56,932 nucleotides of DNA from Treponema sp. (GTDB taxonomy: Bacteria; Spirochaetota; Spirochaetia; Treponematales; Treponemataceae), in contig JAFNQK010000122.1 in assembly GCA_017386165.1 (NCBI GenBank), forward strand, positions 1-56,932, given 5' to 3'. A model generated the notes under the pieces. That model was not told where the DNA came from. It saw nothing but the letters and a program-made list of their open reading frames with translations, and ran no database searches. The position numbers and the translations under genes were made by a program. Shown piece after piece: positions 1 through 9,493 of this stretch (position 1 is its first letter; each line of letters begins with the position of its first letter).

Positions 1-494
1 ACGAAGTTGTCATCAAGGTACTGCCAAACTTTTTCGCCGGCACGAGTCATGATGTCCATGTTCAATACAACGTATTCAGAGTCTGTAAGTTCAACACCGT
101 ATTTAGCGATTGGTGAACCGAGAGGACCCATACAGAAAGGAATTACATACATTGTGCGTCCATGCATACAACCTGTGTAAAGACCTTTCATAGTTGCTTT
201 AAGTTCTTTTGGATCAATCCAGTGGTTTGTAGGACCAGCATCTTCTTCTTTTACAGAAGAAATGAATGTGCGGCTTTCTACACGAGCAACGTCACTTGGA
301 AGTGAGCGGAAAGGGAAGCAGTTTTCTTTCTTCTTTAAAGGTGTAGCAAGACCTGCGTCAACACATTTCTGCATCAAGCGGTCGTATTCAGCTGTTGTAC
401 CATCAACAACTACAACGTTGTCAGGTTCACACATCTTAACACATTCTTCAATCCATGCCTTGATTTTGGCATTCTTGATTTCGTTTACTGTCAT
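1..494 (-). CDS. pckG: Phosphoenolpyruvate carboxykinase (GTP), N-terminal part; runs off the window edge
   Basis: Not in the ORF track. Minus-strand translation from ATG 494 (SD AGGAG) gives MTVNEIKNAKIKAWIEECVKMCEPD...PSDVARVESRTF...DAGPTNHWIDP...GRTMYVIPFCMGPLGSPIAKYGVELTDSEYV, the GTP-PEPCK motifs. Confidence 0.95.
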   Translation of the reverse strand, partial: MTVNEIKNAKIKAWIEECVKMCEPDNVVVVDGTTAEYDRLMQKCVDAGLATPLKKKENCFPFRSLPSDVARVESRTFISSVKEEDAGPTNHWIDPKELKATMKGLYTGCMHGRTMYVIPFCMGPLGSPIAKYGVELTDSEYVVLNMDIMTRAGEKVWQYLDDNF

Positions 495-636
495 TAGTAA
501 CTCCTATATAAGTCGAAGCTCATCGCTCCGAAATTTCCAATTTGATGACATTTTACCATTTTTTTGTTTTGTATTCAATTGATTGTATTGTCTATATAGA
601 AGATTTGATGAATTAGCAATCTTCACCGATTCAATA

Positions 637-2970
637 TTAAACAAAGGTTGTATAAGATCCTTTGATCTTTTTGCTTTCGTAGACTGCTTTATCAACGAGT
701 TTGTATTTTTCTGTAAAATTAACAGATTCGCCCTGATTTATAACAGTAGCTCCGATACTTGCTGTGATAGGCATGTCTCCAATCTCTGGAATTACAATGT
801 TTTGAAGGTTTTCAATAAAACGGCCTATTATTTTATTTGCTATTTGTTTAGTGTGAACTTCTGGGGCATATGCAGAAAATTCATCTCCGCCTAAACGGAA
901 TACGATGTCTTCTTCTCTAAAAGCTCGCTTAAGGGCATTTGCAACATTGATGATTACCTGGTCGCCAATTTCATGACCAAAGCTATCGTTAAAGGTTTTG
1001 AAATGGTCCACATCGAGGAGAATAAATAAGCCTCCCTTTCCGTGCTTAAGACTGTCAGAGATTTTGGTTTCTCCGCTGATACGGTTTAAAAGACCTGTCA
1101 TTCGGTCTGTTTCAGAAAGGGTTCTTAAGGTTTCTTTTTCTTTTGCATCCCGAACGATTTCATCAATATTTATAAAGCCTAAAATTAAAGTGTTTTCGTT
1201 GAGTTTTATAAATTTAAATTCAATAAAGTGAATTGCACCGTCTTCTATAACTCGATAACTTGATGAATATTCATAATTTTCTTTTAGTTTATCAATTACA
1301 GTGTCAAAAGAAGTTGCCTCTTTCATAAAGGCTATGTCTTCTGTGTAAACCCGTTCATTTATGTATGTAGAAAAGAATTCTTCAAAAGATGCTTCTGGAT
1401 TTTTCAGATTTTTATATTTATTTGGAATAAATCCTTTCTGTGTGATTATGTTTAATAGTCGAGTATTAAGATCTATTCTTAAAATTGTTGAATAATCCTG
1501 GCTAATAGCTGTTACAATGCTGATCTGTTCCTGCAATTTTTGTTCATTTGTCTTTATTTCGTCAATATCGGTAAACAGCCCGATAAAGGTTTGTGCAGAA
1601 CCGTCTGGACGTCGTATGATGTTACCGGCAGCATGATACCATTTCCATTCATTATTATTTGTTAAAAGTCGGTATTCAACATCGTAAATTGTTTTTCCGC
1701 TTGTATCGTTTACAGTATTTCTGAATGCTTTTAAAACTCTTTCCCGATCATCTTTGTGAAGTCTGTCTGACCAGGATTCTAGTTTATTTGGAAAACTTTC
1801 TTCTGTTGTAAATCCAATCATCTTGCGGAAAGTTTCTGACCAGATGCAGGTAGAAATATTGTTGTTTTCATCAAACTCGATTGTCCACGGACCAGACTGC
1901 AAAACTGAGTGAAGAATCTGCATTGCTTTGTTTTCTTTGTCGAGTTTGTCATATGCATATTGAGTTTCACGAGTTATAGTTTTTTCGTGCTCGATAGCGA
2001 TACGTGAATTGTTTCGTAAAATTAAAATAAGAATTACAAAAAGTAGTGAAATAAAGATAACGGTTACAATTACATGAGCTCTCGTATGGCTCATAATAGA
2101 AGAAATACTTGAGCCAACGGCTTTTCTGATTGAGGTATCATAAACAAGAACTGTAAGTATCCATCCTGTGTTTTTTACAGGAATGTAATAGATGTGAGCA
2201 TTCTGGTTTTTGTAATTAACATCTACAAAGCCTTCTTTACCTTCTTGGAAATCCTTTTTGACTTTGTTGCATTCGTTTGATTTTTCATTATTTCCTTTTA
2301 TTACAGAAAGAATGTTCAAACTTGTTTCAAATTTGCCAAATTGTGAGTTAATGAGGCTTTCTCCGTTTTTATAGTATAGATTAAAATATACGTCCATATT
2401 CTCATTAGAATATGTCATAGCCTTCATCATCTGGTTAATGTTTAATTCTGCAAAACACGAGGTTATTTTTGCGTTATTAAAATATAGTCCAGAAATCGGT
2501 ACTACAAGGTAAAGTTGTTTTTCTCCTCCATAATTCAAAACTGTTGAATATACAGGAGCTGTTATTTTTTCTGATAAAAATGGATAACGGGTTTTACCGG
2601 AGCAGGTGCTTCGTCCGCTATAAACAACTCCGTTTTCGTCAACTAATGCATAAGTATCTATATTTAATAGTTTTCTTATTCTTTTTAAATATGTTCTAAG
2701 GGATTGTGTAGAATTTAAATCCTCTTGAGAAATTGTTTTTAGAGCGTTATGAACATAATTTTCTCTTTTATGAAGTTCATCAGAGATAATTGAAACTCGG
2801 CCTTTAGCTAATTCTTCTATATAAAAGCGGCTGAGTTTGTCTATAGCATTTTCTGTGCTGGAGCGGGTTGTCTGTGCTGTTCTAAAAGCAATCAGTAAAA
2901 GCAGAATAAAACTTAGGATTCCGCCAACAACAGAAAAAATATGAATTTTTCTTTTTTTAGTTGTTTTCAT
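637..2970 (-). CDS. Membrane sensor diguanylate cyclase (TM-Cache-like-TM-PAS-PAS-like-GGDEF)
   Basis: Two TM segments flank an extracytoplasmic region; PAS_3-like WSDRLHKDDRERV...VEYRL; DRMTGLLNR, DVDHFKTFNDSFGH, RLGGDEF; RxxD I-site (REED). Confidence 0.9.
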   Translation of the reverse strand: MKTTKKRKIHIFSVVGGILSFILLLLIAFRTAQTTRSSTENAIDKLSRFYIEELAKGRVSIISDELHKRENYVHNALKTISQEDLNSTQSLRTYLKRIRKLLNIDTYALVDENGVVYSGRSTCSGKTRYPFLSEKITAPVYSTVLNYGGEKQLYLVVPISGLYFNNAKITSCFAELNINQMMKAMTYSNENMDVYFNLYYKNGESLINSQFGKFETSLNILSVIKGNNEKSNECNKVKKDFQEGKEGFVDVNYKNQNAHIYYIPVKNTGWILTVLVYDTSIRKAVGSSISSIMSHTRAHVIVTVIFISLLFVILILILRNNSRIAIEHEKTITRETQYAYDKLDKENKAMQILHSVLQSGPWTIEFDENNNISTCIWSETFRKMIGFTTEESFPNKLESWSDRLHKDDRERVLKAFRNTVNDTSGKTIYDVEYRLLTNNNEWKWYHAAGNIIRRPDGSAQTFIGLFTDIDEIKTNEQKLQEQISIVTAISQDYSTILRIDLNTRLLNIITQKGFIPNKYKNLKNPEASFEEFFSTYINERVYTEDIAFMKEATSFDTVIDKLKENYEYSSSYRVIEDGAIHFIEFKFIKLNENTLILGFINIDEIVRDAKEKETLRTLSETDRMTGLLNRISGETKISDSLKHGKGGLFILLDVDHFKTFNDSFGHEIGDQVIINVANALKRAFREEDIVFRLGGDEFSAYAPEVHTKQIANKIIGRFIENLQNIVIPEIGDMPITASIGATVINQGESVNFTEKYKLVDKAVYESKKIKGSYTTFV

Positions 2971-2981
2971 TCCGGTGCCCC

Positions 2982-4091
2982 CTAATCAAGTATTCCATAA
3001 ATTGAACGAAGAAGCCCTGGAGCATCTTTCTGATAAAAAACACTGGAACTTTCTTCTGTTTTTTCAGGATATAAACTTCCTGGTTGAACACCGTCTGCAA
3101 TTTTTATGGCTGTTGTAATTGTATCAAAACCGATTGAGTAGCAGTCTTGAATGGCAAGCGCATAAATAATTCCGTCATTAAGATATTTTATTGCCCGAAT
3201 ATCGTGATCCATTCCAACAATGGTAATTTTTCCAGCTTTGTCTTCTTCTTGAACTGCACGTCCTGCTCCAACAGGATTACTCATGTTGCAGCAGAGGATT
3301 CCGTCCAGTTCTGGATAATTTTTGAGAAATTCTTTTGTTAAATTGTATGCTTTTACATCGCTGTCTTCGTCATATTTTACATCTACAAGTTTTATGTTTT
3401 CATATTTATCAAAAACTTTTTTGGCACCTTTTGCTCTGTCTTCATGACATGGGGCTCCAATGTTACCAACTAGCATGGCGATGTTCCCTTTGTAATTAAG
3501 GTGCTGGCATAGGGCTTCTGCAAGTTCCATTCCGTCTTGATAGTTGTGGGTGTTCCCTACGTAGGCAATTCTGTTACAGCCATTTTCTTTTCCTGAGTCA
3601 GAACTTGAAAAGGTCATAACTTTTTGGCCGTTTGCAATAATTCTATTAATTGCCGGTGTAACAATATTTATATCTGCAACATCGACTCCAATTACATCGT
3701 AACTTTTGGTTGCGGCTGCTGTTGTAATTCTCTGAACCTGATCCTGTGCAGACATTTCTTCCGGGGCAAGATAGTCGTAATAGATATTTATACCATTTGC
3801 TTCGTATTGTTTAACAGCATCTTCTATACCGAGGGCCACAGCATCCCACCAGGCATGAACGATTTTATATGTAAAATATAAATTATATTGCCGTTTGCGG
3901 GGTTTGTACGAGTCTAATTCTTTTTTTTGAATAATTTGAGAATTTGAATAATCTGCTGTTATTTTGCTTTGAGAATCTGATTGAATGTCATTATTTAATT
4001 TTTTTCTTTCCGATGAACAGCTTAACTCTACAATCGCAAGGGCAATGAGGGTCAAGTTGAGAAAATATTTTGAATGGGTCTTTCTTCTCAT
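2982..4091 (-). CDS. Sugar-binding periplasmic lipoprotein (RbsB/Peripla_BP_4 type)
   Basis: Likely start MRRKTH at 4091 (GGAG upstream); lipobox-like ELSC; YVGNTHNYQDG, IVGMD, QDCYSIG resemble type I sugar-binding proteins. Confidence 0.8.
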   Translation of the reverse strand: MRRKTHSKYFLNLTLIALAIVELSCSSERKKLNNDIQSDSQSKITADYSNSQIIQKKELDSYKPRKRQYNLYFTYKIVHAWWDAVALGIEDAVKQYEANGINIYYDYLAPEEMSAQDQVQRITTAAATKSYDVIGVDVADINIVTPAINRIIANGQKVMTFSSSDSGKENGCNRIAYVGNTHNYQDGMELAEALCQHLNYKGNIAMLVGNIGAPCHEDRAKGAKKVFDKYENIKLVDVKYDEDSDVKAYNLTKEFLKNYPELDGILCCNMSNPVGAGRAVQEEDKAGKITIVGMDHDIRAIKYLNDGIIYALAIQDCYSIGFDTITTAIKIADGVQPGSLYPEKTEESSSVFYQKDAPGLLRSIYGILD

Positions 4092-4176
4092 ATCTTGAAC
4101 TCCATAAGTGATTATAACAATAATTTTAAGTCTAAAAATATTAAAAAACAAGGGAAAATAAATACTGTAAATAAGA

Positions 4177-4206
4177 TTGAACAATTTTTTAAACTGAATA
4201 TATAAT
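4177..4206 (+). promoter_or_regulatory. sigma70 promoter, leaderless geometry
   Basis: TTGAAC-18-TATAAT, then 6 nt to ATG 4213. Confidence 0.6.
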
Positions 4207-4212
4207 GGAAGA

Positions 4213-5145
4213 ATGATGAAAATGCTTTTGCTTGGAACAGGAACCAGTCATGGTGTGCCTTGTATTGCGTGCAAATGTTCGGTTTGTACTTCTAAAGATG
4301 AACATGACAAGCGATTTAGATGCAGTGCCTATGTTACAAGTTCAAATAAAATTGATGGATATGAGCCTCATCTTCTTGTGGATATTGGGCCGGATTTTAG
4401 AAGTCAGGCATTAAAATACGACGTTTGTGCGGTTGATGCAGTTCTTTTAACTCATAGTCATGCAGATCATCTTCATGGTCTGGATGATATACGCATTTTT
4501 AGTCACACTATAAGCAGTTCTCATCTTACAAATCCAAACAAAGGAAAAGAAACAGAAGGAAATGGACTACCATTTTATACTAACACCCGGACAATTCGTG
4601 ATTTAAAAAATAGATTTGATTATGTTTTTAAGGAAACCCAGCTGGGAGGTGGAAAGCCAAAAATCCGTCTGGAAGATTGCGCAGGTCTTGATGAGTCACA
4701 GCCAAAAGAGTTTGGTGACATCAGAGTTCTTCCAATTCCTATGCTGCATGGCACTCTTGAAGTAACGGGATGGCTTTTTTCTTCAATTGAAAGGGACGGT
4801 AAATACCACTCGATTGCTTATCTTACAGATGTCAGTAAAATGCCTGATTCCAGTATTCAAAAAATCCGGGAAAATGCCGGCATTCTGGATCATGTTGTAA
4901 TTGACGGTTTAAGAAAAGAAGAACATTCGACTCATTTTAGTTTTAAGCAGGCAATGCAAGTGTGCGAGCAGCTTGAACCAAAACATTCCTGGTTTACACA
5001 CATGAGTCATAACAATAGTCATAATGAAATAATCGAATACGCAAAAAAAGAAGTGGAGAACTTTCCGCGCCTAAAACAAATTGTCTTAAACGGCGGTTCC
5101 GTTCTCCCTGCTTACGATTCTCTTGTGATTTGTACGGAATTTTAG
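4213..5145 (+). CDS. MBL-fold metallohydrolase, PhnP-like
   Basis: LGTGTSHGVPCIACKCSVC, THSHADHLHGLDD, HSTHF, THMSH. Confidence 0.88.
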   Translation: MMKMLLLGTGTSHGVPCIACKCSVCTSKDEHDKRFRCSAYVTSSNKIDGYEPHLLVDIGPDFRSQALKYDVCAVDAVLLTHSHADHLHGLDDIRIFSHTISSSHLTNPNKGKETEGNGLPFYTNTRTIRDLKNRFDYVFKETQLGGGKPKIRLEDCAGLDESQPKEFGDIRVLPIPMLHGTLEVTGWLFSSIERDGKYHSIAYLTDVSKMPDSSIQKIRENAGILDHVVIDGLRKEEHSTHFSFKQAMQVCEQLEPKHSWFTHMSHNNSHNEIIEYAKKEVENFPRLKQIVLNGGSVLPAYDSLVICTEF

Positions 5146-5147
5146 GT

Positions 5148-7016
5148 TTACAGTTTAAACTTGTCCAACTCGCTTGTAATGTTGTAAACCGATTTCTTGT
5201 TCGCTTCTGCTTTTTCGCGGACAGTTGAGAAAGATTCTGAGAATTCCCTAACTACGTTTTCCGATTGAATTACAGATTCGTTTACTTGTCGGGCAAGAGA
5301 AACGATCTCGTTCAAATTTCTGTTGATTTCTTCTGAGTAGCTTGCCTGGTTTGAAGCGAGAGAGTTTACTTCTTCGATCTGATTTACGATTTCATTTGTA
5401 TTTGAAAGAATTGAGTTGGCATCTGCAGATTGCTGTGATACTGTCGCTGAGATTTCCTGAACAACGCGGCTCTGTTCTCCAATATCGGTCTGAATCTTTG
5501 TAAAAGCCTGGCTTGTAAGTTCCATATTGTCGGCGCCGTTTTCCATGGATTTTACAATCTGATTAATAAGGTCGCTGATGTCTTTTGCAGATTTTTGTGT
5601 TGATTCAGAAAGTTTACGGATTTCGTCGGCAACAACGCTAAATCCTTTTCCTGCTTCACCGGCGTGGGCAGCTTCGATTGCGGCGTTCATGGCAAGAAGG
5701 TTTGTCTGGGATGCAACAGACTGAATTACTTGAATTACTTCAATCATCTTTTTAGACATGTCTGAGATTTCATTGATAATCTGCTGTGTCTTTTTTACTT
5801 CTGCGCTACCAGAACCGGATTCTTCAGTAAGTTCTGTAGAAAGACTTTGGGCTCTTGTGATGAGACTTGAAATAGAATTGAAGTTGTCTACCATTTCTGT
5901 CATTGAAAGGGCATTTTCTTTTTCAGATTTTGACTGGCTTTCAGTATATTCGCTTACTTTTACCGCATCAGAACTTAGCTTGCTGACGCCTTCGTTTACA
6001 TCTGATAAAAGCTTTGTCTGGTTAGATGACTCACTGCTCATTGCCTTAAAACTTTCTACAATTTGAGAAATGCCGGCAGAAGAATTTTCTGTAACATTGA
6101 GAAGCTCTTCGGCTCCGCTGTCTACAGAAGATACTTCGGTTTTCAATTTAGAAAGAGAAACTTTAAGAGAATTCATCAAAAGGTTTAATTCTGACATAAG
6201 AACTCCAAAGTCGTCAAAAATACCGATGTGAATACGGCTTCTTAAGTCACCTTCTGAGCGGAGTTTCATAATCTGGTCGATAGACATTGAAATGCGGACT
6301 CTGAGCTGAATCAAAATAAAGATTATTAAAGGAAAACACATGATAAGGCTTTGACAAATTGAGAATGTAGCTTTTCCTAAAAAATAATTCATCGTCCAAC
6401 CATTTCGTACTGCACTGTAACCGGAACAGAAGATATGCCATCCAATTGTACAAAAACTAACAATAAAAGCTCTTGCCAGTGTCAGAGAAATTGTGTTTTT
6501 ATGGAAAATATCAGATGAGGTAATCTTTAATTTAAGGAACTGTTTTCTTGCAACGGTCAAGAAACAGTTTACAGAGTACTGTACTGCAAGAAAACCATAG
6601 CAAAGAATTAATCCCATGATGACAAGCAAGTCTACGATATTGTAGTTTACTTTTCCGGCTATAGTTTTGATGATGATGGTAATTCCGTTTCCGATAAGGT
6701 ATCCGGTTAAAAGAGAAATTCTTGTGATAAGTTTGATTTTTGCAAGTTTCTTTTCAACCTGTAGTAATTCTTCTTCTGGAATTTCTTGGGTTTCAGATTT
6801 TTTGAGGGTTTTTAGAAGAGGTTTCATGATGATGTAAGTGACTAAAGTTACAACAAGGAAAATCCCTGCTGCTGGTCCCAGTGAAGCTCCTAAACTGCTA
6901 AGCCAGTCGGCCCAGGTCGAGCCTTTGATTTGTGTTACCTGGAATGAAGAAAGTAAAGGAACTCCGACGATTGTAGTAAATCCGAAAAAGATCATGTAAA
7001 TCTGAAATAGATTCAT
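5148..7016 (-). CDS. Methyl-accepting chemotaxis protein with multi-TM N-terminus
   Basis: [41 protein letters not shown] signalling tip; about 6 TM helices and a HAMP-like segment. Confidence 0.93.
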   Translation of the reverse strand: MNLFQIYMIFFGFTTIVGVPLLSSFQVTQIKGSTWADWLSSLGASLGPAAGIFLVVTLVTYIIMKPLLKTLKKSETQEIPEEELLQVEKKLAKIKLITRISLLTGYLIGNGITIIIKTIAGKVNYNIVDLLVIMGLILCYGFLAVQYSVNCFLTVARKQFLKLKITSSDIFHKNTISLTLARAFIVSFCTIGWHIFCSGYSAVRNGWTMNYFLGKATFSICQSLIMCFPLIIFILIQLRVRISMSIDQIMKLRSEGDLRSRIHIGIFDDFGVLMSELNLLMNSLKVSLSKLKTEVSSVDSGAEELLNVTENSSAGISQIVESFKAMSSESSNQTKLLSDVNEGVSKLSSDAVKVSEYTESQSKSEKENALSMTEMVDNFNSISSLITRAQSLSTELTEESGSGSAEVKKTQQIINEISDMSKKMIEVIQVIQSVASQTNLLAMNAAIEAAHAGEAGKGFSVVADEIRKLSESTQKSAKDISDLINQIVKSMENGADNMELTSQAFTKIQTDIGEQSRVVQEISATVSQQSADANSILSNTNEIVNQIEEVNSLASNQASYSEEINRNLNEIVSLARQVNESVIQSENVVREFSESFSTVREKAEANKKSVYNITSELDKFKL

Positions 7017-7193
7017 TTTGCCTCCAAAAAAATCCCACCATCTATTTAAAAATTATAAACGAAACTTTCGATTTTTCAAAACGGAATTTATTTAAAATTG
7101 TAGTTGGCGTTTAGGTTTTGCTCTTGACCTAAATCTTAGAATTCAATAATATGTTAAAACTTATATTGAATAATATTGAAGGTAGGTATAGAT

Positions 7194-7418
7194 ATGTCTA
7201 GAGCTTGTGATATTTGCGGCAAAGGTGTTCAGTACGGAAACAAAGTTTCAAAATCATTCAACCACACAAAGCGCACATGGCGTCCAAATTTGATGACTGT
7301 AAAGACTGACCTTGGTAACGGTGAAGTAAGAACTCTTAAGATTTGTACACGCTGTTTCAAGAGCGACTTTGTTGTTAAGAAGGTACGCGTTCCAAAGGCA
7401 ACTGTTGAAGCTAAATAA
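7194..7418 (+). CDS. rpmB: 50S ribosomal protein L28 (zinc-binding form)
   Basis: MSRACDICGK...GNKVSKSFNHTKRTWRPNL...CTRC; ATG 7194 after AAGGTAGG. Confidence 0.95.
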   Translation: MSRACDICGKGVQYGNKVSKSFNHTKRTWRPNLMTVKTDLGNGEVRTLKICTRCFKSDFVVKKVRVPKATVEAK

Positions 7419-7443
7419 GTTATTTATTGCATCTTTGAAATTG

Positions 7444-7477
7444 AAAAGGGAAGTCGAATGGCTTCCCTTATTTTTTT
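7444..7477 (+). terminator. Rho-independent terminator between convergent rpmB and uvrB
   Basis: AAGGGAAGTC-GAAT-GGCTTCCCTT followed by a T-tract; A-tract on the other side. Confidence 0.8.
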
Positions 7478-7489
7478 ATCCAGTAATTT

Positions 7490-9484
7490 TTATTTGAACT
7501 GATCTTCGATTTCTTTTATCTGGTCGCGCAATGCGGCTGCCTGTTCGTATTCCAGGCGTTCTGCACATTCGGACATTTCCTGCTTGAGGGCTTTGATGAG
7601 CTTATCCCTCTGTTTTTTGTCAAACATATTTGTAGTCTTTTTGAGGGTATCTACTGTTATCCGAACGGTTTCCTGGGCTTCTTCCTGCTGGTGTTCAAGA
7701 ATATCCTGAATCTCTTTTTTAACTGTCTGTGGTGTAATTCCATGTTCTTTATTGTAGGCCTCCTGAACGGCGCGGCGGTGAGCGGTTTCGTCGATGGCCT
7801 CTTTCATGGCGTCGCTCATTCGGTCTGCGTACATAACGACTTTACCTTCTGCATTTCGGGCTGCTCGGCCAATAATCTGAATAAGTGAAGTTGTAGAACG
7901 CAAAAAACCGATCTTGTCCGCATCTAGAAGGGCAATGAATGAAACTTCTGGGAGGTCGATACCTTCTCGTAAAAGGTTAATTCCAATGAGAACATCAATT
8001 TCGCCGGTGCGGAGGGATTTTAGAATCTCAACCCGTTCAAAGGTGTCGATTTCAGAGTGAATGTATTTTACCTTAAGTTCAAGTTCTGTGAGGTAATCGG
8101 TCAAATCTTCAGCCATCTTTTTGGTAAGGGTGAGAACAAGGCTTCTCTCATTTTTTGCAATGCGTTCCTTGATTTCGCGATAGATATCTTCCATCTGGCC
8201 TTCTGTTGGGCGGACCTCAACAATCGGATCTAATAGACCTGTCGGGCGGATGAGCTGTTCTACAACCTGAGTTGATTGTTTTATTTCTTCTTTGCGAGGG
8301 GTCGCGGTAACATAGATTACCTGGTTCAGCATTTTGTTAAACTCGTCTGATTTGAGGGGACGGTTATCCAGGGCACTTGGCAGTCGGAAACCAAAATCAA
8401 CCAGATTCTGTTTGCGGCTTCGGTCTCCCTCGTACATGGCTCCAACCTGGGGAACTGTTACGTGGGCTTCGTCAATCATGCACAAAAAGTCCGACGGAAA
8501 GTAGTGCATCAATGTTGCTGGCGGTTCACCTGGTTTTCTTCCTGCAATCGGGGCTGAGTAGTTTTCGATTCCTGAACAGTAGCCCATTTCCTTCATCATT
8601 TCGATGTCGTAGGTGACTCTGGTTTTAAGTCTTTCAGCTTCTAAAAGTTTGTGTTGGGCATTAAGCACTTCAAGCCTGTCCTGAAGTTCCTGTTCAATTC
8701 GTTCTGTGGCGGTGGTAAGCTGATCCTGAGGAATGACAAAGTTTTTGGCAGGGTAGATTGTGGTTTCGTCCAGTTCTTCTGTAATTTTGCCGCTTACAAC
8801 GTTAAAGCGACGGATGAGTACAACTTCTTCCCAGTCCAGCTCGATTCTATAGGCTTCGTCAAATTCCATGTATGGCGGATAAATTTCAATTACATCGCCT
8901 TTGATTCTGAAGGTTCCTCTGTCGAGAATCATATCGTTTCTGGTATATTGAACATGGCTAAGTTCCAGTGCAAGTTTGTGGGGATCTAATTCCTGTCCTT
9001 TTTCAATGTGAATGCGCATGCTTTTGTAGAGTTCCGGCATTCCAAGACCGTAGATACAGGAAACGGTGGCAATTACGATTACATCACGACGCTCCATGAG
9101 GCTGTAGGTGGCCTTCATTTTGAGCTGGTCAATTTCTTTGTTTATAGAAGCATCTTTTTCGATATAAAGGTCCCGGGCAGGAACATAAGCTTCTGGCTGG
9201 TAGTAGTCGTAGTATGAAACGAAGTATTCAACTGCATTGTTTGGAAAAAAGCTTTTGAACTCGCGGTAGAGCTGCGCGCTTAAAGTTTTATTATGACTTA
9301 TAATTAGGGTTGGGCGCTGTACGGCTTCGATGATTTTGGCCATTGTAAAAGTTTTTCCGGAACCAGTAACACCTTTTAGGGTCTGGAACTTGTCGCCTCT
9401 TAAAAAGCCCTGTGATAATTTTTCTATTGCCTGTCCCTGATCTCCTGAAGGTTGAAAAGGGGATTCTACTACAAACTTACGCAT
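7490..9484 (-). CDS. uvrB: Excinuclease ABC subunit B
   Basis: GVTGSGKT, YYDYYQPEAY, DEAH, GINLLREGIDLPEV, GRAARN, C-terminal UVR domain. Confidence 0.98.
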   Translation of the reverse strand: MRKFVVESPFQPSGDQGQAIEKLSQGFLRGDKFQTLKGVTGSGKTFTMAKIIEAVQRPTLIISHNKTLSAQLYREFKSFFPNNAVEYFVSYYDYYQPEAYVPARDLYIEKDASINKEIDQLKMKATYSLMERRDVIVIATVSCIYGLGMPELYKSMRIHIEKGQELDPHKLALELSHVQYTRNDMILDRGTFRIKGDVIEIYPPYMEFDEAYRIELDWEEVVLIRRFNVVSGKITEELDETTIYPAKNFVIPQDQLTTATERIEQELQDRLEVLNAQHKLLEAERLKTRVTYDIEMMKEMGYCSGIENYSAPIAGRKPGEPPATLMHYFPSDFLCMIDEAHVTVPQVGAMYEGDRSRKQNLVDFGFRLPSALDNRPLKSDEFNKMLNQVIYVTATPRKEEIKQSTQVVEQLIRPTGLLDPIVEVRPTEGQMEDIYREIKERIAKNERSLVLTLTKKMAEDLTDYLTELELKVKYIHSEIDTFERVEILKSLRTGEIDVLIGINLLREGIDLPEVSFIALLDADKIGFLRSTTSLIQIIGRAARNAEGKVVMYADRMSDAMKEAIDETAHRRAVQEAYNKEHGITPQTVKKEIQDILEHQQEEAQETVRITVDTLKKTTNMFDKKQRDKLIKALKQEMSECAERLEYEQAAALRDQIKEIEDQFK

Positions 9485-9493
9485 GGTGACAGT

